A stretch of DNA of 64,000 nucleotides from Curvularia clavata (Eukaryota). Both the position numbers and the translations under genes were made by a program. The notes under the pieces are model-generated. The model was not told the origin of the DNA. It saw only the letters and a program-made list of their open reading frames with translations, and did no database searches. Numbering within the stretch: the first letter of the stretch is position 1; each line of letters starts with the position of its first letter. Location of the stretch: positions 930,001-994,000 of the forward strand of contig CP089275.1 in the NCBI GenBank assembly GCA_023920165.1, written 5' to 3'. This document shows positions 10,425 through 20,378 of this stretch, piece by piece.

Positions 10425-11633
10425 ATCACGCTTGAACTTCTTGGGGGAGGTAGCGGTGGAACGAGCAGATTCTTCTACTCGGACCTCAGATTGGTAGCGT
10501 GTGTCAACACTGTCAACCTTTCTGTTGTTGGGGTACGTGTCGCGTTGGGTGGTGTAGGTCTCCTTGGGATAGCTAGCACCGGCGACGATGGGACGGGTAC
10601 GTTCACGGAACTGACGCTCGGTGACGTCGAGTTGAGATTGAGCGTAGGTAGTGGCAGGGCCGTGAACAGTGTTGAAGTGTCTGTCGTAGGTTGGGTCCTG
10701 AACCTCGACTTTTGAGTGAGAAGAGGATGGAGGAGGTTGGGATTGGTAGCTGAAGGAAGAAAGGAAGTCAGCTTGGGGTTGGGCAAGGAAGAGCTTAGAG
10801 GAGGTGAGGGAAAAGTGGAGCCTGCATGTCGCTCGGACAACAACAAACCAAAGCGGCTAGCGCCCAGCGGTGGCTGGGTGCCGCTAGTGTCAGGGGGCTG
10901 GTCTGTTGTGATGATCCGTGCGAAGATGCGCTGGCAAAACAATGGAGCTTACTTACCGGTCGTGGGAACGTCCAAACTCTACGCGGTCCGTACGCTGGGC
11001 GTGCTGGACGTGCTCCGAGTGCTGAAGGTGCTCCGAGTGCTTTGAAGGCGCCTGGGAAGGTGCCTGAGCGCGCTGCTGGCTTGGCTGTGCGTAGCGAGTG
11101 TGCTCGTGGATATGAACCTCTTCACGGTGCTGAGGAGGCTGCTGAGCGTGGATGTGCTGGCGGGTAGCGTGGAACTGCTGTTGGGGAGGCTGGGGACGGC
11201 GGATTCGCTCTTGTTCGTAGATGCGGACCTCTTCCTTGACCTGGGTGTCGCGGTGCTCAGAAGCAGACGAAGACGAAGATGATGATGAAGATGAGGATGA
11301 AGTGGTTGATGGAGGTGGTGGTGGGTGCCGATGAACGGTAGCGGAGAAGGATTCGTGGATTTCTTCGTGACCTTCCCGTCCGTGTGAAGCCTGCTGCTCA
11401 AAATGTGCTTCTTGTTCTACCTGAATAGAGGTAGATTCCTTAACTTCCGCGTTCCGATACGCAGACGGGAAGACACTGAAGGGGATCGGAACCTGCTCAA
11501 ATCAGCACAATTCGATGCAAATTGGTGGGGAGAAAAAAAAACGGCGTACTCGTGCTTCAAAATCCAGTTTGCCGGAGTCGGGTCGCTCTTGCTTGAAAAC
11601 CCTTCGAACCGTTCGAAAACAATTCGAAAGGAA
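10425..11633 (-). other. hex1: Spliced AUG-less in-frame N-terminal extension of HEX1 (315 codons; candidate CUG at 11567, ACG at 11612)
   Basis: Introns 11549-11493 (GTACGC..CTGAT..CAG) and 10956-10750 (GTAAGT..CTGAC..CAG) join VFKQERPDSGKLDFEAR|VPIPFSVFPSAYRNAEVKE...HDR|YQSQPP...KKFKRD in frame to MGYYD. In-frame TGA upstream at 11636-11634. Confidence 0.7.
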
Positions 11634-14600
11634 TCAAGAAAGAACTTCTTGGCTCCTTTGAGGGTCTCACTTGGAGATGGTTGTGATGGGCGAGTCTACT
11701 CGGGGAGGCGCCAGCTTCGTGGTGTTGACTTGACGTGCAGCAGGGTGAAAGTGCGCAATTGGATGCAGTAAGCGGGGTGGTAGTGGTGGAGGAGAGATGG
11801 AGTCAGGAAGGCCGAGGAGGGGATCAAGTAGATTGGCGGTCAGGCAGGCCGCTGTTGTGTGTGCCGTCTCGTCTTCGCAGGGTTGTGGAGGCTGGGTAGC
11901 TCGAGCAGAGCTGTCCCAAAGCAGCCTAGCGTTGTTTACGCCGGGCCCTAGCGCGTCGCAGCTGCCCCTATTCTACCTGTGCTGGGCGCATGAGGACCGG
12001 ACGTCGCCCGCACCGAGGCTATTGCTGACGCGCAATGCTGCTCATCACGGCTGTTGGCCCGGCGATGGGCGCACATGGGGTCGACTGTGCATTCACAGGC
12101 TCCACAAGGCTGCCCGGCGACCTCTGGCGCCCCTTGTCCAGCGCCATTGCGTGGGCTTTTGCAATTGGAGCACGCCCAGCCCTCTTCACATGCATCATGC
12201 GCTTGCTAATGCCCAGCGACGCGCCATTTTTCAGCTGGGCCCGTCCATGTTGCGCGCCGCCAGCTCTTGATAGCTCCCAGCCTCTCCCCAGCCTCCCGCT
12301 TTTTGACGCGTCGCCATTGGCCCGCCCTCGGTATTACTCGCGCCCCAAGCTCCATGGCCTGATGACGATCGCGGATCCTCCGGCCCATCACGTGAAAAGG
12401 CCCCATCGATCGCAGTCCAGCTCCTCGTCAGCTCGCTTGCCCGGGGTTCAACAACCACCCAGGCGAACCGTGGTTCTCCACGCCTGCATCCTCCACCGTT
12501 CCCCCAGCCTTGACGTGCAGACACGCGGCGGCAGCAGTTTCATCGTGGTGGACCGTGGCCAATCGTCTCGTCGCTCAATGCCCTCACATATTGCTCCCCC
12601 TGCTCGCTGCCAGCAAGTGTGCTGGGATCTTGTCATGAACTGACATTGTCGGCAGTGTATCAGCCAGGTTCCCCATGATTGTGCTGTGACATTTTTATTG
12701 CCCGTCTCTTTCTCGTAAGATTAAAAACCTGCTTGACTCGACGTGCCTATCACCATTCTTTTTGTGACGCGCCCGATCGGCCTTGGACGGCTCTTTTGAG
12801 GAGCCGTGTCCGCAACGACCTGGAAACTGCTTATTGACTTACTCGTTTGCCGGAAACCGCGTATCGGACCCCGTTATCGACAATGTCCATGTCAATCGAC
12901 GCAATCGAGTTGTAGTGTGGAGTCGTAGTCTGTTGTGTTTACAAGTTGAGGGCTGCTTGTCTTCCTCGCTCGCAATATCGTGGCTCGGCTATCTAGTGGG
13001 GTAAGCGGCTACGTGACTTCCCAAAGCTCCTCTGCAGCCCAGACGCAGCTTCCGTCAACTTGCCCCAACAACAAAACATAGTCGCGTCTACGCCCTGTCT
13101 TCTGATTGGCCTCGCCAAAGATAGAGCCATTTGCAAGAGCATGTACGATAACCATACCACGAAGCAGCCAAGCCACTCCAACATCCCTTACGTACTCTAC
13201 TCTAACACTTCCGTGGAACACCAACTTCACATGCTCTCTGGGCTGTCCCATGTGGGGTTTTGATAGTATACGGTGGAAAGGTATCGTGGTCAAAACAAAA
13301 CTCACTTGGCTAGATGTGACACTTTGATTTAGCAAAAGGAAAAGAAAGTATAAAATACCATTTCTTTTGATATCACATGACAATGCTTCTGACGTAGATT
13401 GATTCAGTATACCGTGAGATAAGAAACTCCAGTCCACAATACCAGCAGATTACTCCAGTTGTATCCAGCTTCGATGCGATCCAAACAAGCAATCATTACT
13501 TGTGACAATGATAATCATCAACATGCAATGATACTATTTCTAGATACTTTGCGTAAGGTTTATTAGGATCGTAATATGGTGCAGCAGAAAACGAAGAAAT
13601 TTATAGTTCAGGACACTCCGCTGATATTGTGTTGTTACCCTGAAAAATTATTCAACGAGTCTACAATTGTCACTTCTATTACATTGATCAACTTGTATGG
13701 CCTTTGAATACCCTTTCCTAATCTAAAAAATTCCATTTCCCTTCATCGTACCTTTTTCGCTTCAAAAAATCAGGGGAAGACTAGTAATCAAACAGGCAAA
13801 GATAGCGGTAGAATTCAATAAAAAATGTGTGTTATTTTCAAGAAGAGATTTGTCATAAGACTGTGGTCTCGTCGTATGTTGCTAGTCTGTAGTCTTAGTC
13901 TAGTGCTGTAAGTGAGTGTTGCGGTGCGAGGAGTGGGCGGGTGATGAACTGTCCCACAAATAAGTGCGAATTAGGAGGCAGAGTAAATAAGGAAATTTTC
14001 TAGAACTTGACCACATGTTGTGCCACACTATATGTTCACGCGGCTTTTAATGAAGAAGATGAACAGCGTGCCTAGCGCACCATTCAGGGACAACAAATCC
14101 CACTAGACTTCATTGTCTTTTCTTCCTTCGTCACTCCCTCTATTAAATAAAGACACCGAATAAATCACACACTCAAATCGCACCTTTCAGAACGCTGAAA
14201 CCCCATACCACATTTGAATTCCAAATAAACTCGAATTTTTTCGTCTCTATATTGAACGATTGTTTAGAAATAAGAAAAACGATGCAAGTGGAGAATTTTA
14301 TGACCAGGTCTCCAACTTGAAATTCACAGAGGAAAGTACTGAACCTGCCAGATATTGAGCTCCGAGTTAGGAGGAAACTGAGGACGACATACTTTCTTGC
14401 ACTTGTAGGTACAAACACCCGTGATGAGGTTATTGCTACTATCTCCAGAAAACATGAACGTAAAAATCCCATAGAATCAGAGCATACCTTGTTCACACTA
14501 TAGACTCTCCCCTGACACCGTCCACAAACACATCACCATGATTATCACATTTGCAATATCAAACCTGCAAGTAAACACGTAATTAATAACCTCATTTCAA

Positions 14601-14770
14601 TTCCACCATCCAGTTTCCATTCAGACCTATGCAAAGCTATACTATACATCCATCCATCCTTGCATCCAGCATGACCCAATCATAAAGCCATTTTAGATTA
14701 CATTTCCCACACCCCCAAAAAATAACCACTTAACCACTCATTCCAAGCCCATTCCCCCAAGCAAATCCAC

Positions 14771-16206
14771 CTACGCCTTAACAGTACTCCTCTTCATTCC
14801 CTTCCTTGCATTCTTCTCACGCTCCTTCTCCAAAAACTTCCTCTGCTCTTCCGCGCTCAAGCGTCCTAGCTTGGCATCGCGCTGCTCCTTCTTCAGCTTG
14901 TCGAGAGCCAGCTTGCGCTCCTCGGCCTTCTCCTCATCCTCTGCCTTGCGGATCTTGGCAATTTGCTCCTCACGCGTTTGCTTGATGCGGCGAAGCGCTT
15001 CGGGGCGGAAGTGCGCAGACGAAGCCAGTTGGTCGGGAAGGCGCAAGAAGTACTGGAACAGAGGCATAGTCGCGTCGTAGGTAGAGGAGAACTTGAGCGA
15101 AAGGTGAAGGCGCTTGCGGGGCTTAGTCTCGTCGAGGCTGCATCATGTTAGCTCAGTTTGCTTGAAGGATGTTTAGGAGGCTTACGTCTTAGGCGCGTCA
15201 ATGGGCTGGTCAGTAACAATAATGGCTTCAAAGTTGTCTCCAGCCTGCTCAACAGCCTTGATGAGCTCAGGAGTGAGCAGCATATCCGTAACCTCAGCGC
15301 TCTCGCTCATAACAGTGGTCCATACAGGCAGCTTGGCGTGGTCGCGTGTAGTAGTCAGAGACAAATCGTATCGATCCTCGCGCATGCGCTTCATGATATC
15401 CTTGTGCACCACGGCAAAGACAAACCCATCAAAAGTGCTGTTGGCAACCTTCTTGGCATCGCCCTGGCCATACGACGGAGCGATCTTGTTCTCACGACCA
15501 TCGAAAACGTATGCAGTGGCCTCGACACGTTCGACAGGAGGAGGGAAGCTCTCGAAGAAGAGAGGAAGAATGTAGTCGCCCAGCCAAAAAAAGGGGTTGT
15601 AGCACTTGAAAAAGGACAGCTTGAAGTCGACGAAAGCAACGTTCTGGCGTCCAGTTGCATAGGTCTGGAAATCGTCCGCCTTCTTCTCCCTGAGCAGGCT
15701 ATCCACATCCAGAACAGAGTCCTCAGATTGCGGGCGCACATAGCCGACCTGGGCGAATTCCTGGCTCAGAACAGGCGCATGTGCCTTGGCCCATGCCTTG
15801 GCCTTGCTTCGATTGCGCTTGGTGCCCCAGAGATGCACAGCAACCAGAGCGAAGAGGAAAGGCAGGATGTACATTTCCAGCTTGAAGTCATCTACGGTCG
15901 TGCGTTCCCACACACGGTACCATGCCGTGTACGGTCGGTTCGCGCCGAGCGATGTAGGAGCCGCTTGCGCTGCGCCGGTAGCAGTTGTAAGGGGCGTGAT
16001 GGCTGCTGGCTTGGGTTCAGGAGCGCCAGCATAGTCGGCGAAGTCTGTTTGTGTTTGTTAGCAGGGTGCGTGGGAGTTGCTGTGCGGCCGCATTTGCTGT
16101 GCCTCCAATTGTGCGGGCAGCGTGGGGGCTACGAACCATCATCACCTGCAGCTGGGGCAGGCATAGGCTTCTGCCCTCCGAAGAGACCCTTGACGAAGTC
16201 TGCCAT
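14771..16206 (-). CDS. DUF1682/CCDC47-like ER membrane protein (PAT complex subunit-like)
   Basis: TM segment (ILPFLFALVAVHLWG), YATGRQNVAFVD, FDGFVFAVVHK, VMSESAEV, charged C-terminal coil LSAEEQRKFLEKEREK. Introns 16136-16045 and 15185-15138. Confidence 0.85.
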
Positions 16207-16867
16207 TGTGTAGGCGGCTCACAATGAACAGGTGTACGTGGAGTTTTGGCTGGCGCAGGAGGTCTGGGGAAGGATCTCGGCTCGGTTCTAGTCCAATGTT
16301 GGCACTGACCTCATTTTACAGGAACTAGCACGTATGTGGAGGGGCACCGTTCCGACGCTGCCAAAGAGCGTCAAGGGAGCACAACCCGCCAGCAGCATAT
16401 ATACATACATATTGCTTGCAGGACGTATCACGAATACCTCAGGAGTATGCCTAATGGTTTTGCCGCATGTTCAACCAGAATTGCCTCAGGAGTAGCTGTT
16501 GGTCAGACTTGGGTCGCATCCGACAGACAACATGACATTGGCGGAACCAGCTTGTCTAGATGAGTAAAAAATTGGAGTAAAAAAGGCTGCTGCGGGATAT
16601 TCAAGTCACATATCATATTCGAGAAAGCTCGTCGGGCCATCACTTCTCAACTAGCCACATTCGCCTAAAGCTGTGAGTTCGGTAACGGAAATGGACTGTC
16701 AGGACATCAAAAGTTGTCTAAATCGAAAGGCAGAATGTTCTATTGATTCGGATATGAGAGATATTGCTGCTCGTTGTAGGTCAAACGCTGGTTGATTGCT
16801 TGTACATGGACATAGACGTGACTCTCCTAGTCCAACCATGGTTGGATATTGTGCTCGAGCTGTCCAT

Positions 16868-17378
16868 CTAGTTCTTGCCCACCCAGGTCTTGTGTCCCTA
16901 GAGATTATTAGCAACAACCCTGCCGTTTGTGAAGTTCAAACCTACGAGAACCAGACGACCCATCATGTACATGCTGGCACCCAAGCTGGTGTAGAGGATA
17001 GCCTTGTAACCGGGGATCATCCACTTTCCGCGGCCCTATATCAAGATCCGTCAGCATATATCCTGCCAACATCCCATTGCCCAAGATGCGTTCATCTCAA
17101 TAGCCCAGTCATGTGCCTTCCGTGACTCCATTACTCCATCGCAGCCATGTCATCCCTCCTCTTGTATCTGGAAACGCACCTTCTCCCAGGTCCTCAGTCC
17201 ATCGTGCTTCTGGTGTTCGCGCTGCCAGTAAGGCACGCGGTTCTCGCGCATAACCCAGCTGCCGACCGTCAGTACCGAGCTCTGTGTGCGATGTTGGGAG
17301 AGCCTCAAAGCAGCCTGCGCCGCGCCGTCTAGGGTCCGGATGCGGTGCCTATAGCTCTGTCAAGACGTACCCTGCCAT
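16868..17378 (-). CDS. COX7: Cytochrome c oxidase subunit VII (COX7/COX7a family), 68 aa, four exons
   Basis: Exons 17378-17371, 17258-17180, 17035-16946, 16897-16868 with canonical GT..AG give MAGWVMRENRVPYWQREHQKHDGLRTWEKGRGKWMIPGYKAILYTSLGASMYMMGRLVLGHKTWVGKN*. ENRVPYxQ and GHKTW motifs plus a single TM are typical of fungal Cox7. Confidence 0.85.
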
Positions 17379-17590
17379 TTTTGATCGTAGAAAGGTGTGA
17401 TTGCGCGGTTTGCGGGGTCAATTGGTGGTTTCGTTTTGGGGGAGGTCGAATGATCCCAGATCCCATCGCGGAAGAGAGTCGAGCGCCAAGGCACTAGACC
17501 CGTTTCGGAACAGCAACTTTCAGCATCAGGTTCGACAAGACGACTTCCGTTGCCAATGGACGAATATCCCCATAATTCCTTGTCTCGTTG

Positions 17591-20200
17591 ATGCCACCGG
17601 CCCTGGACCGGCTCCTCGCAAGCCCGTCGGCCTTGCGACTCCTGCGTTCCATTGTTAATGCCTCGGAACTTCCTGCAATACATTCAACAGCCACCAAATG
17701 CTGTCCCTCACCTGGTCCCCGCCGCAACTATTCTGGCAATAACGCAAACCGGCCACGTCCTCTTGCGCACAAAAAATGGAAACGAATGAGCGACGCAGAT
17801 CAAGAGGCAGCGCTACGAGAGCGAGTGCGCAAAGCACTTCAAAATGACGACGCCAACGATGCAATCAAACCAACAATCGACATATTCGAACACCATACCG
17901 TACCTTTTACCACGCGGGAGGACGACCCTCGACAGCTCGCTGCCATCCTCGCACAGGAAGAGAGACTCAACCGCGCAGAGGGTGTTCGCAATGTCTGGCG
18001 GAGCATTCGTTACCACGGCTATCGTCTACCTACCGACGACACACCAGATGCAAAGTTTCTATGGGGAACATTTATAAAGCACCGTCTGGTCATAACGGAG
18101 GCATTGGAGCATGCAGAAGAGTTACTTCGCGAGACGGACAAGGTGTTTCCTCGTTTGTACGAACTGGTCATGAGCCATTGGCTTCCTCGGGAAACCCAAA
18201 CAGCTTTGAAATACCACCACACGCTAGTGAACAAACTGAAGGTCAAGAAACTCCCATTGAGAGAATTGGCGCGTTCGGGCCGCCTGACCTTCAGGAACGC
18301 TGCGTACCAAGTATTGATGGAGATATATGAGCACAGCAACGAACGAAATCTCTACGACGAAGTGGTACCAGCGTTGATTGAGAAGCGTGCCATGGCAATG
18401 GCACGCGATTGGCATATGCTCTGTACTGATCGCGATGATATGCCGTCAGAAACTGTTGCGTCGCATCCTGTAGTTCGCCTCTTTACCGCTGATGCAATAG
18501 CTCGTAAAGTACAAGCCGATGTAACAGGTACAAGGAAGATTCTGAATCATGAAAGTGCCAAGTACAACCAGAAGCTCATGCGCCGTTTATCAGGTCCCGA
18601 TACTGCACCAGTCCGATTTGAGGATACGTTCGTTGCCCGCATGTTCGCAACGCGGACCTTTCCGTCAGCTTCCATCATACACGGGCTTTCCATGGTGGGA
18701 GTGAACGAGATCGGACCACAGGCTGTGCTTACCATGGCTAGACAGACTCAGCCAATTGAAGAGCTCCGAAGCAGATTTGAGGAGCTTAGGGCTGCAGGTA
18801 TTGCCTTGCAAGGCTGCGTATTTTCTTTGGCCTTGGAGAAGTTTGTAATGGAGCAGAAGTGGGAGCTAGTACGCAGCATGATCGAAAGTGACCAGCATCC
18901 AGACGTGTTCGGCGATGCTGAGGTACAGCGAGCCCTGCTCGATTTCTACATTGAACAAGGCGATCAGCTCCAAGCTCAACGCACCCTAGCCATCTTAACT
19001 CTCTTTCATAACGACCCTAGTCAAGAGTCCTGGAACTTGCTCTTGCAGACCTGCATCGCACGTACCGGACCAGAGCATGTCATAGCAGTGCTCCAAGACA
19101 TGCGCACTAAAAATATCATGCTAACGCCAGAGTCCATCGCTGCCGTCAAAAGCTTGTTGCGCCGACGAAAGAGAGGTCACAGGCCTGTTGCTCTTTCTCA
19201 CAAGAAGTTCGATGACCTCCGCTTCGTAACGCGTGTCTCCATCATGATCCTCGAGATGGGTATGGGCGCTATTTCCCCTCTCCATTGGCGCGAGATCATT
19301 CGCCGATTCGGTATGGACGGCAGGTTCAGAGAACTGAGGCGTCTTCTCCTATGGCTTCTGTGCTGGTACGCTCCCAGAAGCCACTTGCAGTTCGCAACAT
19401 TACCAAAGTCGCCTTTCCTTGAACCAGCAACCGCGAAGCTGCGTGATTTCTATCCAGAGCGTAACCGCTATTTCAACTTTCCTCGAACAGTCACGCAGCA
19501 GGAAAACCAACTTCACCCTGTCCGGCAGATCTTTCCACCTTCGCTCATCCAGGGCATCATAAGGTGGGGATTCAAAGCTGGATTGCTTCCAAACGCATCA
19601 CTGGAACAAAGCATACTTGATTCCAGATTCGCAAAAAAACACCATCGCCGCCGCCTACTTGAAAATCATTCTATTGGACGCCTGGAGTGGAGCATCGGTC
19701 TCGAAACCGTAGTCCAACTACGCGACCTCGGTGTACACGTTCACTATCATACTGTGCTCAAAGCCCTACAGCAGCAATTTGTAATCATGTTTGGCTGGGG
19801 TCACTCCCGGATCAAAGAAAACAGGATCATGGAGAAAGTCAATACTCGACCGTATGCCCAGTACGTGCGTGAAGTTAACAGAATATGGGGCCGTCCGCTT
19901 TTCCGAGAACCACAGCTCTTTGCATCGGATATGGTGCATGACCATATGTGGCATCCGCGCATGCGTCGGAGGGCTAATCGCAGGACTTCCCTCAATCTGG
20001 TCGACATATTGGGTTCAGATTGGCGGGAGCGACATAAGCAGTGGCAGGCAGAGACTTCTGACAGCGCTGTGAAAGGCGAAGTCGCAGAGTCTCTTGATCA
20101 GGATCCAGAATCTGTGGGGCGTTCTGCTGCAATAGCCATGGATGACTTGGAGGAAGGTGTGTCCAGTGGTGAGAAGGGCTTGCGGGCTAGTAAGGGTTGA
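17591..20200 (+). CDS. Mitochondrial pentatricopeptide-repeat-like helical protein
   Basis: Intronless ~869-aa ORF; Arg/Leu/Ser-rich presequence-like N-terminus (MPPALDRLLASPSALRLLRSI); PPR-like helices (ESWNLLLQ...VLQDM; WREIIRRFGMDGRFRELRRL). Confidence 0.7.
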   Translation: MPPALDRLLASPSALRLLRSIVNASELPAIHSTATKCCPSPGPRRNYSGNNANRPRPLAHKKWKRMSDADQEAALRERVRKALQNDDANDAIKPTIDIFEHHTVPFTTREDDPRQLAAILAQEERLNRAEGVRNVWRSIRYHGYRLPTDDTPDAKFLWGTFIKHRLVITEALEHAEELLRETDKVFPRLYELVMSHWLPRETQTALKYHHTLVNKLKVKKLPLRELARSGRLTFRNAAYQVLMEIYEHSNERNLYDEVVPALIEKRAMAMARDWHMLCTDRDDMPSETVASHPVVRLFTADAIARKVQADVTGTRKILNHESAKYNQKLMRRLSGPDTAPVRFEDTFVARMFATRTFPSASIIHGLSMVGVNEIGPQAVLTMARQTQPIEELRSRFEELRAAGIALQGCVFSLALEKFVMEQKWELVRSMIESDQHPDVFGDAEVQRALLDFYIEQGDQLQAQRTLAILTLFHNDPSQESWNLLLQTCIARTGPEHVIAVLQDMRTKNIMLTPESIAAVKSLLRRRKRGHRPVALSHKKFDDLRFVTRVSIMILEMGMGAISPLHWREIIRRFGMDGRFRELRRLLLWLLCWYAPRSHLQFATLPKSPFLEPATAKLRDFYPERNRYFNFPRTVTQQENQLHPVRQIFPPSLIQGIIRWGFKAGLLPNASLEQSILDSRFAKKHHRRRLLENHSIGRLEWSIGLETVVQLRDLGVHVHYHTVLKALQQQFVIMFGWGHSRIKENRIMEKVNTRPYAQYVREVNRIWGRPLFREPQLFASDMVHDHMWHPRMRRRANRRTSLNLVDILGSDWRERHKQWQAETSDSAVKGEVAESLDQDPESVGRSAAIAMDDLEEGVSSGEKGLRASKG

Positions 20201-20378
20201 GATAAGATGTTTGCAAGGATAGCCATTGGCATAAATGAATATAATTCTTTCGATATCATGGCACCGTCTGAGAACTTTCTGAATTCGTGGCCGTGTGATT
20301 GAATCCTGTTACAAACAAGAATTCTTTACTTCATTGTCATACAAATGTCTCCTTCTCCAGTGCTCGAGTTCTCCCTAG

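Noticed and set aside
11797..12643. 157- and 202-aa ORFs upstream of hex1
   Set aside because: GC-rich promoter-like sequence with non-protein-like composition.
12783..14500. Short ORFs in an AT-richer intergenic stretch
   Set aside because: No motif, splice model or transposon signature could be assembled.
15158..16213. 351-aa + strand ORF
   Set aside because: Antisense to the spliced DUF1682 gene; no independent coding signal.
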